64,000 nucleotides of DNA from Lama glama (taxonomy: Eukaryota), in contig CM052817.1 in NCBI GenBank assembly GCA_028534125.1, positions 108,254,001 to 108,318,000 on the forward strand, given 5' to 3'. Within the stretch, counting starts at the first letter, position 1, and every line of letters begins with the position of its first letter. Both the position numbers and the translations under genes were made by a program. Below the pieces are notes generated by a model. It was given only the letters and a program-made list of their open reading frames with translations. It ran no database searches and was not told the origin of the DNA. Shown here one piece after another: positions 12,337 to 26,133 of the stretch.

Positions 12337-15300
12337 AAAAAAAACCAGTACGAATTAAAAAACTGGTCGGTAGTCAACAGGACTGAAGGATAGGATGTTC
12401 CTGGAATGAAGGGGTAAGACCAGAAGGCAAAGCCCAGGGAAGTCAAGGCTGAGAAAGCTGTATTGTTTTCTCTGCAGAGGAAGCCACAGACCACTTGCTA
12501 AAGGAGCAAGACATGATGGAAGCTGTACATTCGAAAAGTAAAGTGTGCAGATAGACTATAAGGAAGAAAGACGGGACACAGAAACAATAAACGCTGTTGT
12601 CATGAAAGGGTGATGTAGGCTTACCACCATGGCAGGAAGAACAGGAATGGAGAGAGGCCTTCCAACCTGGGCACAGAGCTGAGGGAACCGTGCAAGTATT
12701 TAAATTCAGGAAGAGAGGGATGTTTGTGAGCAAGAAGAAGACAGAAATAGCCATTGTTATCAAAGCCCATCTTAATCCAGTTAAGGCGACAGGAAAGAAA
12801 GTACCGTTTTAATGGTGTGGCCCAGCCCTGGGTGATCAGGATTTGTTTTTTTCAATGTGTTAAGTTCTAATCAAATTGAAGTGACAACTGGAGACACAAG
12901 TGTGGCGTCACTGAAGGGTGAGAGCCAGGCGCCAGTAACACAACGGCAGGGGAAGACCTGGCAGTAAACAAAATGGACAAGGAAGATCATGCAGAATGAA
13001 AACAGAAGGAACAGAAGAAAAGAACCATCCCATGACCTCCTTCTTTTCAATTACTTTGCTTTGTCCCTCCCCCGGGATACAGGGTGAGCGAAAGGTAAGG
13101 TCCACATCACCGGGGACACCAAATGGCCTGAGAATAACCTGCCTCCCGAGTGATGGCGCCACTGGTCTTCTGGACCGATCCAGGTGGTCAGAGGAAAGGG
13201 GTGAAGTGACAAGCCCAGCAGCGCTCCCCCGACATGGCGGAGAGCTCCCCAGTCCCAGGGTGCCGGCCCCTCCCGTGACGCCCAGTAATTTGTACATCAC
13301 AGCAAAGGTGGTCAAAAGGCTTTTCCCCTTCCCCTTCACTTCATCTTCTAAAACTTCTTTCTCTTCCTTTCTGCTTCAGAACCACTGGGACCTCGATAGC
13401 TTTTCAAGATTCAGCAACACTGAATTTCCGTCAGCAAAATGCCACAGCGACTGGCTTCCCATACCCTTTATCCGATTGCATTGGATAAAATTATCTGTAG
13501 TAGAAAATTTAGTTTGTTCCCATCATTTTTCATTTCATTTAATACATTCTCTTCACAGTTTTTCAGATGAAAAGGACTGATTCAGAAAGAAAACCGTATT
13601 CCGGTCTCGCCGGCGACGCTGAGGCACTGGGATGAACGCTCCTTCGGAAGTTCATCCTGACGATTTTCACAAATGCGTTTCCACTACACATTGTTATTTT
13701 CTGCGTTTCAGATGGGGAAGTAATTCAAAACACCGACTGCAAATAATATTTAGGGAAAGTAGGCCAGTGCTCAGTGTTCAGAAGCAGCTAGACCTGCGTT
13801 TTTAAGACACATTCACTCTCTCAGGCTCCAGAGCAGTAAAAATAAAATCTTCTCTCAGTGGTGAGAAAGAGCAAAATAAATTCCATGAACCAATAACAAC
13901 CTCAGGGAGCGATTAAACACTGGAAGGAGAAAGCAGAGACGTCTGAACGCAGCAGGGCCCAGTAAAAATAAAAACCACGGACTGTGAGTGGGTCAGGGAT
14001 GGACCCAACCTCAGATCTTCGAGGATGCAAGACCAGGAAAGTCAACCCCTCTGTTCCTGGATCTCCTCACTCACAGAAGGAAGGTAACAACCGACACCAG
14101 GGCTTCCGTAAGGAACAAAGAAGACAGCAGCTGATCGCAAATTCTAAATGAATGGAGTTCTGCCATGCTAGCTTTTAAAGAATAAGTGTCAATACCATAG
14201 CAAAGATCACAAAGGAAGAGTGAAAAATGTGTGTCTTTAAATGCTAGTTCCCTGCCTGGCTGATAGTTCAGCTTTTATTCCTTCATTGATTCGTACGGCA
14301 AAATGTTTAAACATTTAGATGATGCGGAACGTTACATTAAATCCTTTCCCCTAATTCATCAGAAATGACAGAAAAAGCTTCCTAAGTGGATGGGTGAGTT
14401 GCTGATAATTTCTCTGTGGTTTCTGGAATCTATTCCAAGCTCTCCGGGGTCTGCCTTTGAACTGAATCCCAACTATTGTCCCAGACCCACCTCAGCGTCC
14501 TCCCCCTCAGTCTATACTCCAGGTCACCCCATTTTTCCCTTCCCTGAAGCCACAGCCCCTGTTCGCTTGTAACTATTTATTAATTCACATACCATCTGAA
14601 CCTATGACCCGCATTTTTCAAATTCATTATCTTATATTAACACACAACATTTTCATATTTTACCAACATACTATTATTAAAAGAGCATTAATTTGTAATA
14701 CAGTGCCAGATTCGGCTGGACAATGAACACGCCAGCTCGTTCGTATATTTTCTTTTTTTAAGCTTTGCATTCTTCATAGAAACTGCCCTGATTCCATTCA
14801 GGGAACTAAACCACAGTATAACCTTAGTTTTGGGGTCCTGCTCTAATCACTCATCTTTCCCTGCCAGCTCCCTCTTTTGTTTCCCTCAAGTTCTTTCACA
14901 GTTTTCTTCCAATAGAGTAAGACTACGTTTCAAGGTAATATCGGAGCAAACGCTTCCTACCTGCAGCTGCTATATTTGGGGATATGATGTGTTTCACGAT
15001 ATAGCTGATTTCTTTCAACTTGGGTTAGTTTTTCAGTGGCTTTACTAAAACTAGAATGAGAAGTTTTTTTTGTTTTTTAAAAACTCGACTACAAAGATAG
15101 TGCCTGCACAAAAATATCTCACTCACTACTCACAATGACCTGTAGTTTAATTCCAATTTACATTAGTATAAAGTACGATGGTTAAGCATCAGAGAAATCA
15201 AATCGTTTATAGAGCATTCAAATTTCACTCTCTTGATGGGTGAATCATCTTCCTTTCCACACTTCCCAGAGCTCATGCTTCAGACCTTCAAGATAGCAAG

Positions 15301-15699
15301 CCATGAGAGAAGAAAAGTTGTAATTCACCCGAGTTTCAGTTATAAACTCACCCGTTGTCCTCTTCAGAGAGATTGGAAGTGTCAGCTAAATTGCATTGGC
15401 CAGCTCTTCAATTACAAGAAATCAACCACTAAAAAGGAGAATGACACCCACAGAAAGTTAAATCCCTCAGCATCAAAGGGTCCAGTGTGGCCATAATGTA
15501 AGAGTTAATTTATATCTCAAATCAATGCTTTAAGGTGCGTCCATCTTGTGAGCTGACCGTGTTGTTTTCATTTCACTAGAAATTTTAATTAATATTTAAT
15601 GGGCCCACTCTAGTCAAGTCTTGTGTTTGGTAAGGATAAGCCTGCAATCTAATTACATTTGCCACTAATGCATGCTCACTGTAATCTCTTTAAAAAAAA

Positions 15700-16700
15700 A
15701 AAGGAAAGAAAAGAAACGATAAATCAAGCAGTTAAAGAAAATGAAAATCTCTCGTAACTGCATCACTGATTCAAAGCAGCCCTCACTATACAAAGAGTTA
15801 CTTGGTGTACACCTTCCAAAGACATGTTATCAATGCACATATACATGTATTTTATATTTTTATAAAAAGAATCAGTATTTTTATACTTAACATATGACCA
15901 GACATTTCTATCCCATTGTATATAAAACTACGTATCTTTTCCCACCTGTACAGAAGCCTGTCAAATTGATTGGCCATCATTTATTTAACTCATTATTGGT
16001 GACCCCTTAGTTCGTTTCCGAATTTTTCCCACTGAAAACGATGAACATCCTTTACTTATGTCTTTGAGCACATTTGTGAAGATCCCACGAATAAACTCCT
16101 GGATGTGGAACTGCCAGTGCGAGATCACATCTGGGCATTCTGAAATCCTTCCGACTGGACACGAGAGCCCGTTTCTCACACCCCAACTCTGGGCAGTCCT
16201 GATCTTTATGACATGGTCAGTTCGGCAAATTACTCCTGTGTTTGCTGGGTACACGTATCTCCTCTTGTTGCACTTCCTGACCCTTAACAAAGCTTGCCTT
16301 TTCCTAGTGATCAGAGCCCTTTACAGACATGACACACTATGGATACTGACCATTTGTTAATTGCATATATTAAAAACATTTTCCCAATAAGGTTTTTTTT
16401 TTTGGTCATTTTTCAAAGGCGTAACACAAGTTAGAAATTTTGAGTTTTCTGTTGTCAAATCTATGAACCTTTTCCTCTGTGGCTCGTGATCTTTGGATAT
16501 ACGCTAGGATAGACCACTTCCACCCCTGGACGGTCAATGGACTTTTCTATATGTTCTACACATACAGGACATACAGGAAGTGGGGAACTTTTGCGATCTT
16601 CCTGAATGATTATCCGATTGTCCCCAAATCATTAACAGACTAATGAAACTTTTCCCTTCAATAACTGAGCAATGTCCTTTATCCCTAGATTATAATCACA
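15700..16700 (-). mobile_element. Old L1ME-like fragment
   Basis: Degenerate L1 3' motifs (gatgaacatccttt, gtcaaatctatgaaccttttcc, ttgtccccaaatcatt). Confidence 0.5.
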
Positions 16701-17302
16701 CATGTATATTTTGAGTTTCTGGACAAAAAAATGCATTATTTTCTCTCGTTTTTAGTCTAACCACGTAATTGCCATTGTAAAAAAAATTGCCTGCATGCAC
16801 TTTTATTTTAAATTATTTCTCAAAAGACCACTCTTTGGATAAATGGATTTATTGTTGCTTGTATTTGAACAATCTTTTACAAGAAAGCATAAAAAGAATT
16901 TTTCTCTACTGTTTATTTTGCTTTTTTTCTGTTACCAACAGAAGAAACTTTGCTTTTTGCTAGAAGCAGGGTTGGAGGAGCAGAATTCGTACTAGAAGCA
17001 GGTGTGAAAAAGCCAGGATGATAACAGACTTTGAGCTCAACTCAGCGCAGGGTTAAAATTTTCAATGAAATTCTCTGCCTGTATCAATTTTCTGAGATCT
17101 GAAAAGGGAAGCACCACAGAGCCTCGCTGTATGTTTAGGTCCCTTTAAAGAAGCAATTTTTCCCCAAATACCATCATTTCAATAAGCTTTTGTGTAAGAG
17201 ATTGATCAAACAAAATGTTGACGTTCCAAATTTGTACATTCTGGTTATCATGACATTTTCAATTCAGGCTTTGAAATCCCACCAGTAGAAAATCACCAGA
17301 CA

Positions 17303-18553
17303 CAGCACTTCTCAAACATTTGGGGCTCATCATTCTTTAACATACTTAAAAATTATCGAGGGCCCCAAAGAGATTTGGTTTACATGAGTTGTACTTAGCC
17401 CTGCTTACTGTGTTTTAAATTAAAACAAATGTTTGCAATTGCCACTTATGAATCAATTCAAGACAATAATATTTCCATCACAAACTAATATCAACAAAAT
17501 ATGTTGTGAAACATGACGATATTGTGCAAAAAGAAGGAAAAGAATAGCATTGTTTTCCATTTTTGCAAATCTCTTTAAGGTTAACAAAAAAAGAGATAGA
17601 TTCTCATATTTGACTTTGGTGGCCATATCTTAAGAAAATCTGTCTTCACATGTATATGCAGTTTTAAAAGTGGCAAGTATTTTGAGAGCTTTTTCAGATC
17701 ATCGTGGAAACTATTCTTTGAAACCACATTAGACGTTGGCAAGTGGTAGTTCCTTAAAGGTTCGCTGTAATGTGGAATCTGAATCCATATAAATGAACCT
17801 TTTTAAATTCTCTTCCATTGAAAGCTACTGATGTAGCTTGTGCTTTGAGTGTATCTTTTACTCACCCACAATCTGTAATAATGTGCATTGGTCATCTGGA
17901 AAACCTCACTAAGTTAAGCAAATGTTGGCACAGCTCATTATACAATATCAAAATGTCGCATTCCTCATTATCCTCTTATCTGAGAAGTGTTCAATTATTG
18001 AGGAGACAAAGTCACAGAGGTAGATTTAAGTTTTCCAAAAATCTATTTTTAACTTAAAAGCTTAAGTATTGTAATTGGCACCGAAAATTGTCAGCTCTTT
18101 TCCTTAAAGTGGCAGACTCACTCTGTCCCTCTCCCAAAACGATTGCTGAAATAATCAAATCTAAATAATTATCTAAGTAACTTTCCTTCACATAAAAAGT
18201 AGTCAATGTAGTAAGTAAACAAATAACTAAGTGCTTCAGACATACTTTTCATTTTGTTTCACAGAATACGGGAAGATGTCGACTTAAGGATTCAGATTCA
18301 GTCCAATCCACAACGTCTAGTGCTTTGTGACGGACACTCTTGAGCAAAAGTCCTTTGTTGATGATAGTGTGACAGCGATGAATACAAGGGCTTCTCCGCA
18401 GGGAAGACCGCTGTCTTGGTTCCTGCTAATGGATGCTTTTCCACCATCAGCTCAAAGCCAAGCACGCCGAAGGACAGGATCTTGGATTATTATAAAAAAT
18501 AATTTTGACTTCAAAGACTCCAGGATCCTTAGAGGACGCTTTGCAACTCATTG
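17303..18553. mobile_element. hAT-Charlie DNA transposon (Charlie1a-like)
   Basis: Terminus cagcacttctcaaacatttgggg...aaaattatcgagggccccaaagag resembles the Charlie1a end; opposite end ctttgcaactcattg. Confidence 0.75.
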
Positions 18554-19340
18554 GACCGTATATAAGGCAGCTGGCCAAATGGTACTACTGATTACATTAA
18601 TCTTAAAATGAATGAGTTGAATAAATATCCATTTTCCCCTGAATTTCCGTACCCACAGTTACGTGAAGCAAAACCTAATCTTAGAAAATGCATATTTAAT
18701 GGTGCCAGTGTCCGCTGCTGGCTGCATTATCGGAGGAGCACTCATCTCTGCCCCTTCTTTATTAGAAAGATAACGCATCTTCACGGCTCCCTAATCCGTT
18801 CATAAATTACGTCCACATTAATGGCGGGCATCAGAGGGCTGTCAGTGCCAAGAAAAACTAGAGGCAAAGTCAAAAAGGAAAAAAAGTAACTTGAGGAATA
18901 AAGTGACTCCTAAGAAGAAGTTTTTACCTGAACTGAATCCAATGAAAAAGCTTCATTCTGTTAGTGAACAAAGGAGTTCAATGAATGGACTAAAAGAAAT
19001 TTTTTTTTAAAAGTACTAGCCAGGAATTCATATTAGTTTTGTCCTGCTCCTCCCAGGATACAGGTGTGATTTTGCTTCTCTTCTAAGGATCCAACTTCTC
19101 AGGAAATATTTTTAAAGGCATTCCCATGGGGTGACCCCCTCCTTCCCACGAGTCTCCATATCCTCTGGGACAATGACACGTGTTCCACCCTCTCTCCTAT
19201 TTTCTATTGCACACCTTTATTGAAAATGACCTGATTACATATAAAACTTGAAGATAGATAAGGTTTGGGGACAGGTGCCATTAAACTATCAGGTCAGGGG
19301 AACTGAGGAAATTAGACTTCTGTTCCTATTTCCAAGTTGG

Positions 19341-19755
19341 TTCTTTTTTTTTTCTTTGCTTGCTTTTTTTTTAATTGAAGCATAGTCAGTTTTTAATGTT
19401 ATGTCAATTTTTGGTGTACAGCATAATGTTTCAGTCATACACATACAAACGTATGTTCATTTTCATATTTTTTCACTATAGGTTACTACAAAATACTGAA
19501 TATAGTTCCTTGTGCTGTACAAAAGAATCTTGTTGTTTATCGATTTTCTGTCTAGTAGTGTCTGCAAATAGTCAACTCCTAATTTATCCCTTCCCACCCC
19601 CTACCCCCTGGAGGAAACTCTGATCCAAAAAGATACAGGCACCCCAAGGTTCACAGAAGCACAGTTTATAACGGCCAAGACCTGGAAGCAACCTGCATGT
19701 CCTCTGACAGATGAGCAGACAAAGAAGACGTGGTGTGCATACACAATGGGTACTA
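19341..19755 (-). mobile_element. L1 3' end with 5' inversion
   Basis: Minus-strand 3' UTR to about 19610, then plus-strand L1 (aaagatacaggcacccc...acacaatgggtacta). Confidence 0.88.
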
Positions 19756-21809
19756 TATCCAAGGTTTTATATCTTCACAGTCCTCACCCCCTACAAGGAC
19801 GGATGCTCTGTTACTGAGAGATGGGGCAGGAGGATGGAGAAGAAGAGGAGGAAAAGCAAACACGGCAGGATGGTGGGAAGCCCTCTCTCTCTCTCATTAC
19901 TTTCTGGTCCCTGGACCGCAGTCCTACGATGTCCCCGGGATCACGAAGTACAGGAGAGGATGAGGACTTTCACTTCGGGAAAAAGTTAAGGAGATGACGG
20001 TTATTGTAAAAGGGTGTGGGGAAGGACTTTTTATTACATACCGAGGTTATCATACCCTTTTCGTCATTTGCTGTATTTGTTGGGGAGCAAGATGGCCTTC
20101 TTGTTTTGATGGTGAGCTTGAACTTGAGAGTGGAGGCGTTCATGTGTTTTTATATTTTATCACCTTTGCCTTTGGTATAGATCTGTATCCTGCAATCATG
20201 ACAAGGGACTGGGCCGTGGAAATCTTCAAAACTGGACCTGGTCCTACTTCAGGATGAATAAGGAGGAAAGGTCTCTAGATGTTTATTTAATGCTCACCAT
20301 GTCCAGGCTGGAAAGACCCACCATTATAACTAACACTGTTTCTTCAAATATGAACATTGACCCAGCTCCAGCTGTCACCCAGGATGCAATCAGGAACCTC
20401 CCATGTCTCAGTGACAGCACAGAGCACACCTGACAGTCTCTTTCCTAAGCCCCTAGTCTTCTAAAATACAGTCATTCACTTTAAATTCAGATGCATACCA
20501 ATTCAATAAGATTCTTCAACAAGTAAAACATTAATCACATATGGTTCCATGCTTCTAATTTTGCTTTCCATGGAACAGTATCTTTCTTCCAGGAATGTAG
20601 TATTGAAGTAGCTAAACTTGTGCCTGGAATGTAGAGCTTGGAGCTTTAAATATCTCAACAAAAATGGAACCCTTTCCCTTGAATTTGTGGGCTGCAGTAA
20701 TTCCGAGCAGTCCGTTAATGCATAATCACTAATTCCAGCTTCAGGAGTGGGTGCATCATGGTAACTCTGGAGAATATCTGCAGATCCCAACAGCCAGCTT
20801 TGTGCAATATGAACAAACACTCAATAATCATTTTCACTAGAGTAATGGCCCCAGCACATGTCCACTGCTTGACTGCAGGGTTCAGGAACCATAGGTCTTC
20901 TTTACAATAAAGACACAGTGAGCACAGACTTTACACTAACGTGGTGATTCTCCTGCCAGATTTTACTTCCTCCGCATGGAAGTAATGAGAAAGAGGCTTG
21001 CCCTGACAATTAATCGGTAAATACAGGCTCACTGTCTACAGCTGCCTCAGCTCTGCCCCGGGAGGCACACAACACAAAGGGAGAGCATCTTCTGTTCTTA
21101 AAGAAACTGCAAACCAGTGAGGAACCAAACTGACACCTGGCGAAGAAGCATCACTCAGTGAGTGTCTTCTGTGTCCCGGGCACTTTGCCAGGCACCCGAC
21201 GGACTCAAGTCAGGAGCTGTAGCAACAGATCCCGGCTCTTTGTGTAGACAGCTGTGTTACCCCTAACTAAATCACTCCCTTATCTTCTGGGGTTAGGATT
21301 AGTGGTCCAAAAAGGGCTTCACAGGAGATGAGAACCTTGTTTTTGTGTTGACAGATGCATCTAAGCTCTTTCATATATACAGAGATGTATATTCTCTTTG
21401 CTACAATGTAAATCTTTATTTATACATCTTTCTCTTTTCTATTATATATTATTTTCATATTATTGATATCATTATTTAAATGTATGATTTAAATATAAAT
21501 ATAATTTAAATTTAAATATATTTAATATTATTATTTAAATATATAAATTTCTGTTATATATATATAACAGAAAAGAGAAAGACTTTCCCTAGCTTTATTG
21601 AAGTATGATTGACAAATAAAAATTTTCTACATTCAGGTTATATGAAGTTCTCAAATAGTCAGAGGATAGTCTGAAGGGACTCCATGGAGGAAATGCAGAG
21701 GGATTTTTAAAAAGGCTTTGAATGTTCATAAAGTCCCTCCCAAGATTACAGACCTCTTGAGGGCAGTTTCTTAGTTTATTATTTTTTGTCACTGTAAAAT
21801 GAAATCTCA

Positions 21810-22145
21810 TTTTTTAAATTGAAGTCTAGTCAGGTTACAATGTTGTGTCAATTTCTGGTGTACAGCATAAAAGCTTCAGTCATACATGTACATACATATA
21901 TTCATTTTCATATTCTTTTTCATTATAGGTTACTATAACATATATAACATACTATAACTGTGCTATACAGTAGGTCCTTGTTATTTTATATATAGTAGTA
22001 TCTGTGGAATCTAAAAAAGGACACAAATAAACTTACTTATGAAACAGAAACAGACTCACAGACATAGAGAACAAACTTATGGTTACCAGGGGGATGTGGG
22101 GAGGGAGGGATAAATTGGGAATTCAAGATTTGCAGATACTAACTA
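21810..22145 (-). mobile_element. L1 3' end with 5' inversion
   Basis: Minus-strand 3' UTR to about 22003, then plus-strand tggaatctaaaa...gcagatactaacta. Confidence 0.9.
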
Positions 22146-23386
22146 GTTTCTTATCCTTCAGCGCCATGGTTGGTGCATAAGAGGTCCTGAAAATATTTTT
22201 AGAAGAAAGGAGGAAAAAGAGGATGCGGACTCGAGCAGAGAATTTATTATCCAGAGGTGCTGGGGGAGGGCATTTTAAACCAGGCAAAGTTTATATTTGA
22301 TAAAAGAGTAAAGAATGAGTTCCCAGTGAGAATGACAAAAGCAGAGACTGGGCATCTCTGTCTTGTACACCAGAGTCAAACCCAGCTTCCTCCAGATCCC
22401 AGCGATGCGTCCACCTGCTGTACCAACTCCATCTCCTTGCACGCCCTGCCTGGGTCCCGGTTCTGGCCTAAAATACGAAGTTCCCTTGAGATCGGAGCTG
22501 TACTTGGTCTCCACTGCAGCTGCACAGCTTGGTCTCAGCCTTCTCGGGGCTCACAGACCGCAGGTGGCCCCCTCTCCCAGGGGCCCCCCTGCAGCCAGCA
22601 GTCAGCGCCCCTGGCGGGCCCCAGTCCTGGACGGATGTGACAGTCCCGTGTGCGACTGCGTGTGCACCCACAGTCAAATACACACGGCCGTCCCCAGACC
22701 TCTCCCCCCTCTTCCACGGACTGAGTCTACACACCTGCTGGGTCCGTTTCGGGGCACCTTGCTAATGTAAGAGTCACACGTTCCGACCCCACATTTACAC
22801 AAAACACCAGGCTACGTCCCTTGCACTCGACAGGGGTCTCCGCGTCTCCTAGGCCACGTGTGGCACGTGTGTAGGGACACAGGATTCCACGTCAGGTCTT
22901 CAGTGTGTCTTGTTTGTGACGGGCTGGGAGAAGATGACTCTGGGTTGGTTCCCTCAGAGAACTTGGCCCAAAGGCCGGGGAAATCCACCTGGAAAGTACT
23001 GGCTGATGCTGGGAGGCACAGGTGTTCAGACCTGTAACAGACCCCCTCTGACAAGTCCCAAGTGTTACACACTGTCACCTGCATCTGGATGAGGCAAAAT
23101 CAAAGGAGTTGCCCAGAAAAGTGTTCTTATCTACTAGTGAAAGAAAATGATTTAAATCATAATTAATGTAAGTGCAAACTGTAATTGTCAAAAATGGTAG
23201 CTTTCAATTTTTACCACTCGTTTTATAATAAGATTGTGGAAAAACCAAAGTGAAAATAGAAAATGAAAAATTAAAATGTGAACTTAATAGTCTTTTGTAC
23301 CAGGGTCTGAGGACATGTTGTCAGGAAGCAGTTTTAAGGAAATGCTGTTTCAAGGAAACAGTGAAGATTAAGAATAATAACCATTC

Positions 23387-23545
23387 TGTAACAACCCACA
23401 ATGAAAAAGAAAAATATATATATATATACGTACAACTGAAACACTGTGTTGTACACCAGAAGTTAACACAACATTGTAAATCAACTAGACATCAATAAAA
23501 AAATTAATTTAAAAATTAAATTCATTATTTGGGGAAAAAAAAAAG
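23387..23545 (+). mobile_element. Short L1 3' end
   Basis: L1 terminal motifs; TSD gaataataaccattc / gaataatgaccactc. Confidence 0.85.
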
Positions 23546-25299
23546 GAATAATGACCACTCAATCTTTCTAAGAAGAAAAATCAATCCCTAAGCCAGGAGT
23601 GAAATCTTTACAAAACTACGAAAAGACAGCCTACAGACTGTAGGTAATGTCATCCGAATTTCAGTACTTGATATGACCGAGGACACAATAAGACATTTAG
23701 CTCACACCACAGTAAATTTGTAAAAAGCAAGCCACATTCCGTGAAGCTGGCACCCCGTTTGTAGTTTACATGTGTGAAGAGAGCGATTTTACTCCTGAGG
23801 CAGAACACACACCATACTTCATGATGAACACCCGCGTTAACCTCATGTGTTACGTATGAAAACCTAAAATGGGCTCAGGAAGAAAGGCTGCATCTGTTGG
23901 GCGCTTCCTCTGTGCCTGGGACGTTATTTTCACAGAGACGATAATCGCACAATTCAAATTTCACAAGCAAAGTGACTGAGGCCAAGAGAGGTGAACGCTG
24001 CTGTCTGATCTCGCGGAGCTGACAGAGTTAGATTCCTAACCAAATACAAGAATAATAAAGAAAAAAATTTAAAACAACAACAACAGGAAGATCAGGCAGC
24101 ACCGCACACTACACAAGGAACGTACGTTGTCCACAGGGTGCAGTTTTTGGAGTTTTTCAAAACTCCGTGGAAGACTGGAATGTATTCAATACAAAATGAC
24201 ACCAGTGATCTGGAATACAAGCCTCGACTAACATCAAAATTAAATTTAAATTACTACTGTTTCACCCAGTAAGCCCCGATTCTTTTTGTTTTAGTAAAAC
24301 AAAGTTGGAATGAGGTCATAGATAGTGAGAAAAATAAACTGGAGTACAAAGTCGTGTGCCCTGAGGAGTCTGAGAGCTGAGTTCCTTACACAGAAAACAA
24401 ACGAGTGGTTTCTGCTCTGCCTCGAGGTAGAGGCGGTCACGTCACACTGAGGAAACAGAGACCTCTCCGTCTCCTTCTCCGACAGCTGATTAAAAGAAGG
24501 GATGTGTAAACTACAGCGGGAACAAATTCAGTTAGACCACGTCCAGCTTCTTGACAGGAAGAGTTATTTGGTGATTAAACAAGACCATCCAGAGAGGTCT
24601 TGAAATCTCCCTCCTTAGAAAGCATCCCCGAAGACGGACACATCACTGCTTTGCTATTTAGCATCACATCCATCCTGGTTGCTGAGGGCCTGATAGTTCA
24701 CGGCTGGATTTCATTTCGCTTAGCACATTTCAAATAATGCAACAAAGCCTCCTAGTCTTTTCATTCTACAAAGTCATTCGGTTTTAACAGTTCCCCCAAG
24801 GAGAACCTTCTCCTAGCCCATTCAGAAAACATGAAGATCCCAACGAGATAACACGGCATGAGTCAGAGGGCTTGGCTTCTCAGGCTGGATGCTCCTTCTC
24901 TGAATGACATGGAACTCTAGGTCTGCTATCACTCAGACAAGACAAGGGGGAAGAAGAGTGGGTTTATTTTTATTTTTTTCACAAGGAAAGAAGAGTCGCC
25001 TCTGGGATACAGATTGCACCTGGCAGCATGAACAAACCCTGATGAATACAAGGCAGCTTTGTCTTTACCTGGAAGTAAAAGCAATAGTTGAGTTCAGAGT
25101 TACAGTGAGCAATCACAGCTTCCATAAGGGATCTGTGTACCCCCTGCACTCCTGCCACCATTCGTGCAGTAAAAGACATCATTTTCTTTCTTTTTTTTTT
25201 TTGTTAGCAAGTATGGCATTTTTATTAACCAACTTCAAAATGGAAAATGGAATACCACTTTGAAACATTATTGACATATAACTTTATGAAATATTGTAG

Positions 25300-26133
25300 T
25301 TTTTATTGAACTATAGGTGATTTACAATGTTGTGTTAATTTCTGGTGTACAGCATAGCGATTCAGTTACATATTTTTTTAAATATACACTCTTTTTCATA
25401 TTCCTTTTCATTATAGGTTACTAAAAGATGTTGAATATAGTTCCCTGTGCTCTACAATAGGACCTTGCTGTTTATCTATTTTATACACAGTAGTGTGTAT
25501 CTGCTAATCCCAAACTCCTAATTTATCCTCCCACCCTTTTTCCCCTCTGGCAACCGTAAGTGTGTTTTCTATGTCTGTGAGTCTGTTTCTGTTTTGTAAA
25601 TAAGTCCATTTGTGTCTTTTTTCAGATGCCATAAATAAGTGATATCAAATGGTATTTTTCTTTCTCTGTCTGACTTACTTCACTTAGAATGATAATCTCC
25701 AGGTCCATCTATGTTGCTGCAAATAGCATTATTTTATTACTTTTCATGGCTGAGTAGTCATCTATTGTATAAATAAACCACAGCTTCTTTACCCAGTCCT
25801 CTGTTGATGGACATTTAGGTTCTTTCCATATCTTGGTTATTGTTCAGCTGCTATGGGCACTGGGGTGCACGTGTCTTTTTGAATCAGAGTTTCCTCCAGA
25901 TATGTGCTCAGGAGTGGGATTGCTGGATCATATGGTTAGTCTATTTTCAGTTTTTTAAGGAATCTCCATACTGTTCTCCATAGTTTTGCACCAAACTGCA
26001 TCCCCACCAGCAGGGTAGGAGGGCTCCCTTTTCTCCACAGCCTCTCCAGCATTTGTCATTTGTGGACTTTTAATGATGGCCATTCTGACTGGTGTGAGGT
26101 GACACCTTATCAGAGAAATGCAAATCAAAATAC
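25300..26133 (-). mobile_element. L1 ORF2 end and 3' UTR with short 5' inversion
   Basis: Encodes the HLTPVRMAIIK ORF2 relic; 26107-26133 is plus-strand atcagagaaatgcaaatcaaaa. Confidence 0.93.

Noticed and set aside
12908..13580. Overlapping 194-aa and 143-aa ORFs
   Set aside because: No recognisable domain or exon structure; they lie in a local GC-rich patch.
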